Below, one piece after another: positions 29,475 to 41,045 of a DNA stretch of 64,000 nucleotides (positions are counted from its first letter, which is position 1; each line of letters opens with the position of its first letter). Location of the stretch: positions 1,152,001-1,216,000 of the forward strand of contig CAWCNS010000005.1 of assembly GCA_963796965.1 (NCBI GenBank), in the 5' to 3' direction. The notes beneath the pieces are model-generated. The model was not told the origin of the DNA. It worked only from the letters and a program-made list of their open reading frames with translations, and ran no database searches. Source of the DNA: Calditrichia bacterium. GTDB taxonomy: Bacteria; Calditrichota; Calditrichia; JAJRVZ01. The translations under genes were made by a program, and so were the position numbers.

Positions 29475-32400
29475 TTACGATATACTTAGCTCTACAGGTT
29501 CCTCTTCGACAAGACTCTTAACTAATCCAGCATATTTCCTTTCAATTTTAAATCCAAACCGGTAAAAATATTCTGGTCTAAAAAAACCGGTAGTAACATA
29601 GAAATAATGATCGTTTTTCATACGTTTAAAATATTCGTTGAGCAATCCATCACTAATCCCCTTTTTCCGGTAGTAATCATCAACAACAATTTTTTCGATA
29701 TGTGTCGTATCATCGGATATTTTTTTATAAAACATTCCACCGATTAATTGACTTCTCTCGTTTAATGCTATCAGGTAGAGATGATCCGGTCTGAATTGTA
29801 CATATAGGTGGTTTTGAATGAATAGCTGGTGCAGCCGGGCAATTTCTTTTGGATTAACAGGTGTACGAATAAAGAAACTACCGCCATCATAATCCTTTGA
29901 TCTGACAACCAGATCTGTATGGGCGATCCCTTCTTTTTCAAGCGAGATCAAGTCAGCACTATCCGTTGGCTGCAGATGCGGATAACTTAATCGGGCCAGA
30001 AAAAAAAGTTCTTCTTCATTCAAATTTAATGCTTTTTGAATTGTGGAAACATGTTGTGTGAATTTTTCTTCTGATATCTGTTTGTTTTGCTGCTCCAGAA
30101 TAAGCCCCTTCAAATCATCTCTTAACTGCATTTGAGCATGTGCAAAGACTGTTTCTCTAAAAAATCGAGTCCTGGTTTCCGGATACTCTATCTCCAGTTT
30201 ATTCAATTGGTAGGTCTCATATAATTCAGTTAAGGTTGATGCCCGCGCCTGGCTCGTGGCCGATTGGTTCAATTCACGCCAACGATGATAACGCTTGATC
30301 GCAAAATACAGGCGTTTGGGGATATATCCATTTTCTTTTACTGACTCCAGATATTCTTGTAGTTCATTTAAGAGTATTTTATTCTTTTTGTTCTGTGATT
30401 CGGCTTTTAAAAAATTTAGACATTCATCTAAAAATGAGATGCCCAGATCATGTCCAAGAGATTCAATAATACCAGAAAACACGTATTTTGTTTTTCCTAT
30501 TCCTTTTAAGACATCAAATTGATCCTCACTTTTATTCATATAGTTTATAATTAAATTCTTTAACATATCCAGAACATTGATGTGTGGCCTTCTTGCAGAA
30601 ATGGAAACAATACGAGATCCTTCTTGATAATCATGTTTTGGAATAATGATATTAGTCGGCGTCGGATCTTCAAGTTCAAGTCGATTTTTAGTCCTTTTCC
30701 AGAATTGAGCATAGGCACTTACGCCACTCCAAATAAAATAGGGCCAGATTTGACGAAGCCGATCATTCATCGCCTCTTCATGTTGTCGGATTGTTCGGAT
30801 AATAAATTTGCCTGCTGTTTCACCTTGAATAAATTCTTCGCTCCATAAATCGAATTCCTTCCAGTATCCACCAAAATCCTCTACCAATTTTACATCTCCA
30901 GCACTGGTTCCAGATCTGATCAGCCATTTAATCTCTTCCAAAATATCTTCAAAGGCGATATCATGATTTACATTTATTGCAATATCAAAACTTCCCTGAT
31001 ATCTTGTTTGAATCGTAATGCGATATACCGCCTTACCATGTTCCTTGCCAAGCAAGCTGACCCATAGTCCACCCGGAGGAATATCATTTAGTCTTACCAG
31101 AACACCCCCAGAGAAAAGAAAAACCGCCTCACGGATTAAAGTGGTATATTTAATAGCAGAAATAAGACGATCCCTGTCCGTTTTCTCAATAGATTCTTCA
31201 AAAATTATAACATCTTCCCAATGGTATTCTTTATTAGTTTCTAAATCGACCGCTACTTCCTGGGTTGTTCCTAGCCATTTCCGAAAACCCTCCCGGGATT
31301 CTAATCGGGCGATACGTGCAGCTCTCCGGATACTTGATTCGTAATTTTCCAGCTGACAACTAACCAGAAACTGCCTTATAATCTTATATCGTGTCGGATG
31401 TATTGCCCCATAACCGCTTAGGAGGCGGAATAGTTTGACACATCGCTTATTGTTTTCCTCACAATACTCCCGGGTAATCTCAAAAAGAATGGAAAGTTTT
31501 TTATCTTTTACACCCGTTGAACAAACCTCTTCAATAACCTTCTTATTTATAAAATTAACAGATAAATCAAGAAAGGCGCGGTTGGTTGCTGCAGATTCTG
31601 GTTTTGTAGGGGCATTAAGGAGGATTATAAAGGCCTTACGTTGCGCCTCAATCGAGTGGGAATAAAGCGTACGTTTTAGAATCTCTTTACCTAATCTGAT
31701 ATATACAGATTCCTTATCTTGAAGAGCACTTTGTATGTAATCAAACACTTCGGAAGAGTGGTAGATTTCAGCACGCTGCAAAATAAGCGCTGCCGTATGT
31801 AATCCCCAAAGTGAAATATTTGATTCTTGTTTGAATCGACGCCAGACTTTATCAATATTTAAATCTGTTCGCAGAGGAGAGGCGGGTCTTTTAAAACGTA
31901 TTTTTATATTTGAATCATCATGTCTTGTCCAGTTAAATATTTTCTCATTAGACAATTCAACCAGAGCCGAATTGCCCAACCACAATTGAGGATCGGTAAA
32001 TATAATCCCCATATCGATCTTCTTGCCAGATACTTCATATACAAAATCTCCGATTTGGACGTTATCATCATCAAATTTTAAAGTCAGGCTATTAGGGGAA
32101 TCATTTATAAATAATTGATCGTTTTCAATTCGTATTTCTTGTGAGGTTAGCCCTTTTTCTCTTAAAAACCAATTCGGGAATTGAATTTCATAACCAGCTA
32201 AAAGGATTTGATGATAACTACGATCATACATCGGTTGTATAAAGTTTTCAAAATTTGTTTCCACAACTTTTCTACGGTAAGTCCCTTTGGGAGTCAATTC
32301 ATTTTTATCCGGATCAAAATCACGATCAATAATGACGAAATCAACTATCTTCTCAAAAGGTGCCAAAAATCTGTTAACAGAAACGATTACCGAGCTGAAA

Positions 32401-34241
32401 TACGTACGCAGATCACCTTCACTCATTATACGAAAATTTACTTCTTTAAAATTATAATTCGGGTATATAAGCAGCGTATTAAAAGGTCGGTGATCCCCAA
32501 CCAAAAACACATGTTGGATGAAATCAAAATCCCGGAAAAAATTTTCAATTTTCTGAGGGGCGATCGTCTCCCCTTTTATATTTTTATAGATCTCCTTTTT
32601 CCGGTCAATAATTTTTATAAATCCATTCTCATCCATCTGCATGATATCACCGGTAGGAAGCCATCCATCTTGAATATTTGAGTCAGATTCTTCAGGATTT
32701 ACATAGCCAGGCATCACATAAGGACCCTTAATGAGCAATTCACCATCATCAGCCATTTTTAACGCGATTCCAGGCAATGCCTTGCCTAGAGATCCAGGTT
32801 TGTATTTGCCGGGAGGCGTCATTGTTATTCCCCCGGTGGCTTCGGTCATACCAAACCCACTCATTAGTTCGACTCCGTTATGCTGAAAAAATTCAAATAT
32901 TTCCGAATCAAGATGGCCGGCGGCAGAAAGGCCCCACTTTAAATTACCTCCGGTTAATTTTGCAACAGTCTGTTGTATTTCTTCATTACTACTTTTAACT
33001 ATATTCGTCTCCGCATCAATAAATTCATACAATTGATACCATTTTTTAGGAATACTTATAAACACACTAGGTTTTACCCTCTGCATATTTTCAATCATTG
33101 TCTCAGGTGCAGGATTTTCCATAAACACATAGTTTGCCGCCCAAAACACACAACCTGTCATCTCCAGCCAACGTCCAAAAGTATGAAATAGAGGTAAATA
33201 GGCCAAAAACACATCATTTTCACCGATCTCAGGCAATGCCATAGCACGGGCAAATCTCTTAAAAACAAGATTCTGGTGAGTAAATTGAATACCCTTCGGA
33301 TTCCCTGTGGTCCCGGAAGTGAACATAACAGAGGCAAGGTCCTCTAATTTAATTTGTCCCCTGAAATCCTCAAGTACAGAAACGGCCAAGGTAGTCCCCA
33401 GATTCAACACATCCTCTGTTGAAAAGATATCTTTTTGTTTCGTACTATTTTTTTCAAAAAGAACGATCGCTTTAAGGAATTCCATCCTAGTGGTCATTGC
33501 ATCAATCTTATCCAGAAGTGTTCTATCCGAGACGATTAGGATGGATGGTTCCGTCTTATTAAGAATATAGTCTATATGTGAAGGTACTGAATTAGCCGGG
33601 ATCATTACATTAACAATACCAGTTGTTAGACAAGCAAGATCATATAAAACCATATCCAAGGAATTTTTTGTAAGGAATGCAATTTTCTGGTTGGAAGGAT
33701 TTTCTCCTAGCATTTTAACTAGACCTGCTGATATATTCAAAACCATTGATGATATCTCAGACCAGCTATATTCCAGGCTTTTCTTTTTATTAAGAACAGT
33801 AAAAAGTATTTTATTTGGATATTTTTCTACACGGTGGAAAAACATCCTTCCATAAGTATAGTTTGTCGCTTGAAGTAGATTTAATATAAGTTCCGGCCAA
33901 TCCTCATCATCATAGATACGCGTGAGAAAGGCCGATGATCGTATAATATCCAAATACTCGTCAATCAGATCGGAATCTTTTATATGTGCCAGTTCTCTAC
34001 CACATTTTTTAATACCATCCGTCGAGATGAGGGCCGCAATATGGTGCACCAGTAATGGATTAGACAGTGAACTTATGAGTGCACTAAATCCTTGTAAAAG
34101 TTCGCCCGTCCACTTATGACGAAAGGATTGAATGAGAAATTCCACCTCATCCTGTACTGCCCGGAATCCCTTTTCTGAGGTTGTTGTGGAAAGTTTCTTA
34201 TTTAGCTTTTGTATGATGATCTTAAAGTCTTTCTCTGACAT
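29475..34241 (-). CDS. 1588-aa multidomain protein: long-chain acyl-CoA synthetase-like AMP-binding domain, central helical and kinase-like region, C-terminal GNAT
   Basis: FTSGTTGNPKG, YLPLFH, SGFGMTEATG, GWLPTGD, IDRKKEI; C-terminal IEKIVVDDYYRKKGIS..YFYRFGF. Confidence 0.88.
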   Translation of the reverse strand: MSEKDFKIIIQKLNKKLSTTTSEKGFRAVQDEVEFLIQSFRHKWTGELLQGFSALISSLSNPLLVHHIAALISTDGIKKCGRELAHIKDSDLIDEYLDIIRSSAFLTRIYDDEDWPELILNLLQATNYTYGRMFFHRVEKYPNKILFTVLNKKKSLEYSWSEISSMVLNISAGLVKMLGENPSNQKIAFLTKNSLDMVLYDLACLTTGIVNVMIPANSVPSHIDYILNKTEPSILIVSDRTLLDKIDAMTTRMEFLKAIVLFEKNSTKQKDIFSTEDVLNLGTTLAVSVLEDFRGQIKLEDLASVMFTSGTTGNPKGIQFTHQNLVFKRFARAMALPEIGENDVFLAYLPLFHTFGRWLEMTGCVFWAANYVFMENPAPETMIENMQRVKPSVFISIPKKWYQLYEFIDAETNIVKSSNEEIQQTVAKLTGGNLKWGLSAAGHLDSEIFEFFQHNGVELMSGFGMTEATGGITMTPPGKYKPGSLGKALPGIALKMADDGELLIKGPYVMPGYVNPEESDSNIQDGWLPTGDIMQMDENGFIKIIDRKKEIYKNIKGETIAPQKIENFFRDFDFIQHVFLVGDHRPFNTLLIYPNYNFKEVNFRIMSEGDLRTYFSSVIVSVNRFLAPFEKIVDFVIIDRDFDPDKNELTPKGTYRRKVVETNFENFIQPMYDRSYHQILLAGYEIQFPNWFLREKGLTSQEIRIENDQLFINDSPNSLTLKFDDDNVQIGDFVYEVSGKKIDMGIIFTDPQLWLGNSALVELSNEKIFNWTRHDDSNIKIRFKRPASPLRTDLNIDKVWRRFKQESNISLWGLHTAALILQRAEIYHSSEVFDYIQSALQDKESVYIRLGKEILKRTLYSHSIEAQRKAFIILLNAPTKPESAATNRAFLDLSVNFINKKVIEEVCSTGVKDKKLSILFEITREYCEENNKRCVKLFRLLSGYGAIHPTRYKIIRQFLVSCQLENYESSIRRAARIARLESREGFRKWLGTTQEVAVDLETNKEYHWEDVIIFEESIEKTDRDRLISAIKYTTLIREAVFLFSGGVLVRLNDIPPGGLWVSLLGKEHGKAVYRITIQTRYQGSFDIAINVNHDIAFEDILEEIKWLIRSGTSAGDVKLVEDFGGYWKEFDLWSEEFIQGETAGKFIIRTIRQHEEAMNDRLRQIWPYFIWSGVSAYAQFWKRTKNRLELEDPTPTNIIIPKHDYQEGSRIVSISARRPHINVLDMLKNLIINYMNKSEDQFDVLKGIGKTKYVFSGIIESLGHDLGISFLDECLNFLKAESQNKKNKILLNELQEYLESVKENGYIPKRLYFAIKRYHRWRELNQSATSQARASTLTELYETYQLNKLEIEYPETRTRFFRETVFAHAQMQLRDDLKGLILEQQNKQISEEKFTQHVSTIQKALNLNEEELFFLARLSYPHLQPTDSADLISLEKEGIAHTDLVVRSKDYDGGSFFIRTPVNPKEIARLHQLFIQNHLYVQFRPDHLYLIALNERSQLIGGMFYKKISDDTTHIEKIVVDDYYRKKGISDGLLNEYFKRMKNDHYFYVTTGFFRPEYFYRFGFKIERKYAGLVKSLVEEEPVELSIS

Positions 34242-34294
34242 ACAAACTTCTCCTAAAAATCTTAAGTGGTTTCCGGTGATTAGGTGAGATCTTT

Positions 34295-35149
34295 TTAAGA
34301 TTTAAAAAAATGAAGATCGGGTATAAACTCTGTATGGCCATAAAAAAAAGCGTAATTAAAAAACTCCAGTAAACCATCTTCTTCTCGCCCGGAGAGGATA
34401 TAATTAAAATCGTTCGATAAAAATTTAAAATAAAATGACCAGTCTTCCTGATGGTTTAACGCAAATTCTTTGGCTATTTGTTGTAGATTATTTTTCCCAA
34501 GGTTATAAGAGGATTGAATAAAGTTCACATCCTGGGAGGAAATGGTAAGTTCTCTTCCCACCCACATTGCATAAACAAAGGGCAAACCGGTAAGATCCAG
34601 CCATTCCTCATTCAGATCCAAACGGGCAGAATATTTAGGGTAATAAGATAATGTCTCATTCCCAATAATAAGCGCAGCTTCCGTCCTCTCAAACATTTTA
34701 TCTAAATCTGCGGGCATATATATGTAGTCCGGAGATTGTTCATATTTTTCCCTCATTATAATTTTTAACAGAATGTCCTCTCCAGATGCTCTCTCATCAA
34801 CTGCAATTGTCTGAATGCTTTTCAAATCCTTTTTAAAAAAGAGTTGTACATGTTTCATTTTACCCAAAGAAGTCAGACAAAGTCCTGGTATAATATGCCA
34901 TGTCTCCTTATTTAAGGCATATTCAAATGGGGATATTAACGCCAATTCTATTTCACCTTCACGCAGCCTTTTTGCGTTTTCTTTCAGACTTTGCGAGATA
35001 ATTTGAATATATTCAGGAAGTGGTTGCGTGTTTAAACCATATACAAGTGGAGTTAGAGGCAGAATATCTGTAAGACCAATAATTTTCTTTTCAGTATTTT
35101 TAAATTCATCTTTTGAACTGTTTTTATTAAATAGATTTTCTGTATCCAT
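34295..35149 (-). CDS. mqnA: Chorismate dehydratase MqnA (futalosine menaquinone pathway)
   Basis: PLVYGL, AALIIGNETL, LDLNEEWLDLTGLPFVYAMW. Confidence 0.8.
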   Translation of the reverse strand: MDTENLFNKNSSKDEFKNTEKKIIGLTDILPLTPLVYGLNTQPLPEYIQIISQSLKENAKRLREGEIELALISPFEYALNKETWHIIPGLCLTSLGKMKHVQLFFKKDLKSIQTIAVDERASGEDILLKIIMREKYEQSPDYIYMPADLDKMFERTEAALIIGNETLSYYPKYSARLDLNEEWLDLTGLPFVYAMWVGRELTISSQDVNFIQSSYNLGKNNLQQIAKEFALNHQEDWSFYFKFLSNDFNYILSGREEDGLLEFFNYAFFYGHTEFIPDLHFFKS

Positions 35150-35160
35150 AGTGATCCTGG

Positions 35161-35743
35161 TTATTTTTCCTCTGCTAAATACATTACCGCCCCAATAACA
35201 AAACGAAATCCGGCCAAGGGAATATCCTCCTCGAATACATCACTTATATTTCCGTATTGGAGTGACAATTCTGAAAAGAAATTATAATGTTCGCTTAATA
35301 TCCATTTTAGTCCTAAATCCAACTCGGGGACAAAGGTTGTTTCCGTATAATCAAAGAAATCCCGGTTTGCTCTGGCTGAAACAAGACTTGCCCCGAGTCC
35401 TGTATACAAAGCGAAATTATTGAACTCATAAAAATCGACTAAAAAGTTTAGTGTTAGATATTTAAAAGTAAACCAGGTATCCAGAATATATGGCAATTCA
35501 ATTTCATTTATATATTGACGGTAGGACCAACGTGCCTTAATCTGAAGCGTATCCGCTATTTTTATAACATTATGTGTAATAAAAAGCTCATATCCCCAGC
35601 CTGTTCTAAACTGGCTTTCGCTAGATTCAGATTTCATTAATCCCCGGATTTAATACCCCCCCTGCTACACCAATACCAAATTGTGCCTTCGCGGAGCAAA
35701 CAATAAACATTATAAATACTATTATAGCCAGTTTCTTATTCAT
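35161..35743 (-). CDS. Small outer-membrane beta-barrel protein; frameshift ~35650
   Basis: Signal peptide MNKKLAIIVF..AKAQFGIGVAGG upstream of the tracked ORF; YTGLGASL and GFRFVIGAVMYL strands. Confidence 0.7.
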
Positions 35744-35902
35744 TAGTCACCTATGGTTATGTTATAATTTTAATTTAAAAGCAGGTTAAATTAAATGCAA
35801 CCAAGTCCATTTTGTATGTAAAAGGCTTATTTGGACAAATAGGTATCCGGTTTTTAATAAATTATATTTTTTATAGTCTGGTACATTTAATAAATTTGAT
35901 CC

Positions 35903-36950
35903 ATGGATATTACAAAAATCATAAAGTATTCCATCATTGTGCCTTCATTCAACCGTGCTGATGAGATAGAGGAATTGATTGGTTCAATCACTCGTCTAAA
36001 GTTTGACCGGGAGCGTTTTGAACTCGTCATTGTTGATGATGGCTCAACGGACCATACCCTCAATCTTTTGGAAAAATACAAAAATGAGATTGGAGATAAT
36101 CTGGTTTATTTTACGCAAAAGAATCAGGGACCAGGAGCGGCGCGAAATACGGGTATGTCCAAAGCAAAGGGTGATTTTTTTATCTTTGTTGATTCTGATT
36201 GCACCGTACCAGAGAATTGGTTAACAGAAATAGATAATTCAGTTCAGGCAAACCGGGCTGATGCCTTTGGGGGTGCCGATACTTATTCTGATGATTTCTC
36301 TCCCCTTCTTAAAGCCATTAACTATAGTATGACATCATTTATTACTACGGGTGGATTACGTGGGAAAAAAGGGAAAAAATTAGCAAAATTTTATCCCCGC
36401 TCATTTAATATGGGTTTGACCAGACGATCTATGGGAAAAAATTGGTGGATTTGGATCTCTCAGACATGGACAAGACATTGAATTTAGTAACAGAATATTG
36501 AAGAGTGGTGCGGTGGTTGTGTTTGTGGAAAAGGCATCTGTATTTCATAAACGGCGCACAAATATCAGACGATTTTACAAACAAGTATTCAACTGGGGTG
36601 TGGCAAGAATAAATCTCTATAAAATTGACAGTACCATGCTTGAACCCTTACATGCACTCCCTGCATTAATCACACTTACTTACAATTCTTACTAGTTATA
36701 CTCTCATTGGTATTTAGTCCCTTGCGTATTCTTGTTTATGCCGGACTTATACTCGCCCTGCTTATATTAGTTGTATCGATGCTTGATGCCATTACGGATG
36801 TATGAACAGTTAAAACCGGCTCTGTTACTACCTTTAATTATGCCAGCTCAGATATTCGGCTATGGTTTGGGATTTATTTATAATTATACCCGACGGATAA
36901 TTTTTAATAAGAAAGAAAAGATCGGTTTTAAGAAATCATATTACAAATAA
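35903..36950 (+). CDS. Glycosyltransferase family 2, frameshifted
   Basis: SIIVPSFN, VDDGSTD, NQGPGAARN, FVDSDC, YPRSFNMG; continues in shifted frames (HGQDIEFS, HKRRT). Confidence 0.85.
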
Positions 36951-36959
36951 GAGGAAAAT

Positions 36960-39492
36960 ATGGCAAAATCAAGAAAGCGAATTGGGAAAGATATCAGATC
37001 GGTAAAAGAATCATCGGAATTATACCTTCACTAACTCATAAACAACAGGATTTAATTTTTCCTTGCCCTACTCAGTATGCTATCTGCTAATCCTATTAAA
37101 ACCGCTGGCGATTGATGATTTATCTCCTCAAGGTGTTGATGTTGTGGGCGCAATTGGCCAGGCCCATCAGATACTCGACTATCAAAAGGAAACCGGGGAG
37201 ACAGCCCTTTGGAATCCTTATATTTTTTGCGGTATGCCCCAATATCATCGCCGGGGTCCGGTGACATTTTCCATTGATTCACTTTTACATATGCATATCA
37301 AAATTATTGGGTTCTGTTTTTGTATTTTATCTGTTTGCTGCCTTCGGTTGCTATGGTCTTTTTCGCTATCTTAAGATGTCCCCATCATAAGTTTTCTTTG
37401 CTACAATTATGTTTATCTTATTACCCCATTACAAGTCATTTTATATAGAAGGCCATATGTCCAAATTCCGGGCATTAATGTTCTCTGCCCTGGATATTAC
37501 TGTCTTTTTATATTTTCTTGACAAAAGAAATTTATTATCTGCAGCCCTATTTGCGATCATGTTTGGTGCACAGATACGAACACAGCATTATCAGATCGTT
37601 TTCTATACAGCCTTATTGATATTTGCTGTCGGGGTCTATCCGATACTAAAGGATCTTCTGGATAAAAACTATAAAACCTTCGCCAAATCAACGGGCCTAT
37701 TGCTCATTGCTGCCATTACCCTTGGCATAACCATGTCTTCACAGCCACTCTTTTTGGCTAAAGAATATCTTCCCTATTCCAAGAGAGGAAAGACGACGAT
37801 ATCGCTCAGAGACAAGAACAAACAAAAAGAAGTAAGTTCCGCTTCCGATGGCGTGCAGATAGAATACGCAACGCAATGGTCTACTCATCCTTCGGAATTA
37901 TTTACCTGGTTTATGCCTCGGTTTTATGGAGGGATGTCCGGTGAGAAATATACGCGGTAAAAAAGTTTCACAAGTTAAGAACCGGGTCATTCCCGGGATA
38001 TTTTGGTTACATGCCATTTACTCAGAGTTATGAATATATTGGTGTTTTTTCACTTCTCCTGGCTTTTATGGGAATTTATGCTTTCAGAAAAGATAAATTC
38101 ATCCGTAGTTTACTGATATTAGTCTGTATTTTTGATTTTATTATCATTTGGCAGACATTTCCTTTCATTTTATGGATTATTTTATGACTATTTACCCTTT
38201 TTTAACAAATTTCGTGCCCCGGTAATGAGTGTAACCATTACTTCTTTTATTGTGGCAATTTTGGCCGCATATGGATTACGCTATATATCCGAATTACCTG
38301 TCGCGCGCACAATTAAAGAGAATAAACCAATATAATAATTGCTGGTTCTTTCTTTGCACTCGGGCATTGTGATTCTCATTGCCGGACAGAGTTTTGATTT
38401 TTCCACAGCCCGCGATAATTATGATCCCAAGGTTTTAGAGATAATAAAAACCGCCCGTCAGGATATGTTCACCCAGGATCTTATCCGATATTTTATTATT
38501 GGTTATACTTGCCGGAGCGGCCTGTTGGTTACCTGTATAAAAAGATATCTTTTAGTTTAATGATTCATGGCACTTAACATTTTGGGTGCTTATGATCTTA
38601 TTGATATTCAATCACGTTATCATAAAAAATATATAGATGTGGACCGCCTTGAGAGAGCAATATTTTCAGAAATCAGACACCGATAATTTTTTGTTAGAAG
38701 ACAAGGAAACATTTCGAATTTTTCCTGTCGGGAGTTTATTCGCAAACAATCGCTGGGCCTATTACCATCAAACAATGGTGGATATTCTGCAATTAAAATG
38801 TATACGGTCGAAGAAATAATAACAAACAATATTTATAAGGGATGGGATAAGCAGATCCCCATCAATTTAAATATCATCAAAATGTTTAATGTCAAATATG
38901 TAGTTGACTGAGCAAAAATTCAGCCATGAAAACCTGAGACTCGTTTCCGAAGAATACTCAGGGAAAACTTTATACTTATCTCTATAAAGATCATCTGAAC
39001 CGCGGTTTTTTTGTTGGTAAATATAATGTAATAAAAGATGAATTCGATCGGTTGGAAATGCTCAATAAACAGAACTTTGATCCTGCTCAGACTGCCCTCT
39101 TGGAAGAAGATCCTGAAGTTGCATTGGATATTCCAAATAAGACCTGGGTGAGAGTTGAATCATTTACACCCAATAAAATCTCATTTAATGCTTATTCTGA
39201 CCGACAAGCACTCTTTGTCATTTCCGAGATGTATTATCCACCTGGATGGAAAGCGTTTATCGATGACAAACCAGTAAATAAAATTTATAAGACCAATCAT
39301 GCGATTCAATCGATAGTATTTCCCCCTGGTGAACATATGGTATCCTTACGTTTTGAGCCCGATTCTTATTATGATAATATCAGAATATCATATGCCTCAG
39401 CAGGGATTTTATATTTAACGATCCTTTTGTCTCTTGTTTATACATACAAAGATAAATTGTCAGATTTGCTGAACAGGGGTAAGGCCAAGTAA
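36960..39492 (+). CDS. YfhO-family polytopic membrane protein, heavily frameshifted
   Basis: LWNPYIFCGMP, HYQIVFY, PFFNKFRAP, SEMYYPPGWKAFID distributed across consecutive fragments. Confidence 0.82.
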
Positions 39493-39495
39493 TAA

Positions 39496-40818
39496 ATGCC
39501 TATGAAAAAAGTATTAATTATAACTTACTACTGGCCGCCAGCTGGTGGACCGGGTGTGCAACGCATTCTGAAATTTGCCAAATACTTGCCGCAATTTGAC
39601 TGGCAACCCCTTATCCTTACAGTAACCGATGGTGAATACCCCGCTCTTGACCCTAGTCTGAAGGCTGAAATACCAGAAGAGGCAAGAATCTTTAAGACCC
39701 GTTCACTCGAACCCAATCACTTCTATAAAAAGTTTGTAGGTTTAAAGAAAGATTCTTCAGTACCGACTGCGGTATTGGCAGAGGAGAATTCTTCAGCAAA
39801 AAAATCCCTGGCCCATTGGATAAGATTGAATTTATTTATTCCGGATGCAAAGATCGGTTGGTTGCCTTATGCGCATGCCAAAGGGAAAAAAATAATTGAT
39901 GAATATAAACCCGATGTAATCTTTTCCTCATCCCCCCCACCAACGGTCCATCTCATTGCCAGGAGGTTAAAATTTTATCGTAATCTGAAATGGGTTGCTG
40001 ATTTTAGAGACCCCTGGACGGATATACATTATTATGAGAATAAAAATCGTCTTGGTATAACAAAAAATATTGATCAAAACCTCGAGAATAAGGTCCTTGC
40101 TGATGCAGATAAGATTATTTGTATTAGCCAGCTCGATATTGAGCATGATTTTTCGAATAAAATAAATGTGGATAAATGTATCAATATTCCAAACGGATTT
40201 GACGAGGAGGACTTTAAAGCTACAACGGCAAAGTCAGATTCGGGGAAAAAATTTACACTCCTCCATCTGGGCGCCGTTGGGATTGAAAGAAACCCCGTCC
40301 AACTGTTTAATACTGTTCACAGCCTTCATGAAAAGAAAACAATCAATCCCGAGTCCTTCTTACTACGATTTATTGGTAGTGTTGAACAGGAAATTGTAAA
40401 TACAGTGGATCGATTAGGGATCAATAACTATGTTGAATTTATTGAATATATGCCCCATGCTCAGGCGGTTGAACAATCTACGCAGGCATCCGCTATGCTT
40501 TTATTGGTAACACAATCAAAAAAGAATTTTCGGATTCTGCCAGGCAAGACATTTGAATACTTAAGAACCGGAAAGCCCATTCTTGCCCTCGGCCCTCAAC
40601 ATGGTGAAGTTGACAGGATACTCTCTGAGGTTCAGGGAGGAAAGTTAATTGACTACGCGGATAAGGAAAAGATAGAATCTTATTTGGTTTCATTAATTGT
40701 TGCATGGAAAAACGACCGGTTGAGTCATGCCTCATTAGAATCAATTCAAAAATATGAGCGTAAAAATCTAACAGCAGATCTTGTAGAGGTATTTGAGAAT
40801 GTAATAGAGAATTCTTAA
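39496..40818 (+). CDS. Glycosyltransferase family 4
   Basis: YYWPPAGGPGVQR, WVADFRDPW, PGKTFEYL. Confidence 0.9.
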   Translation: MPMKKVLIITYYWPPAGGPGVQRILKFAKYLPQFDWQPLILTVTDGEYPALDPSLKAEIPEEARIFKTRSLEPNHFYKKFVGLKKDSSVPTAVLAEENSSAKKSLAHWIRLNLFIPDAKIGWLPYAHAKGKKIIDEYKPDVIFSSSPPPTVHLIARRLKFYRNLKWVADFRDPWTDIHYYENKNRLGITKNIDQNLENKVLADADKIICISQLDIEHDFSNKINVDKCINIPNGFDEEDFKATTAKSDSGKKFTLLHLGAVGIERNPVQLFNTVHSLHEKKTINPESFLLRFIGSVEQEIVNTVDRLGINNYVEFIEYMPHAQAVEQSTQASAMLLLVTQSKKNFRILPGKTFEYLRTGKPILALGPQHGEVDRILSEVQGGKLIDYADKEKIESYLVSLIVAWKNDRLSHASLESIQKYERKNLTADLVEVFENVIENS

Positions 40819-40870
40819 ACTTAGCAGCCTGCCTCACTCGACTTAAATTATTTTTACTGAGTATAGAATA

Positions 40871-41022
40871 CTTTCACGCAAAGTTTATATAAGATATTAG
40901 AACAGAAAAAAGAAATAAATTACTTAGATCTTGTTATAAGTGTATAAATCTGGTTAAATAAAACAGATGATTCATCAATTCCTTGCATTCTTTCTTTGCG
41001 TCTTTGCGTCTTTGCGTGAAAG
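40871..41022. repeat. MITE-like element with a 13-bp perfect inverted repeat CTTTCACGCAAAG and CTTTGCGT octamer tandems
   Basis: Same family as 8382-8521. Confidence 0.75.
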
Positions 41023-41045
41023 ATCTAAATATCAAAGGAGAAAAT

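Noticed and set aside
36960..39492. yfhO (and clpC, OFOR beta-1) as true pseudogenes
   Set aside because: Motifs are intact and the breaks are single-base shifts, which fits sequencing error better.
40983..41045. N-terminal extension MHSFFASLRLCVK of the C5-epimerase
   Set aside because: It is the translation of the CTTTGCGT repeat arm; an AAGGAG RBS points to the CTG at 41046.
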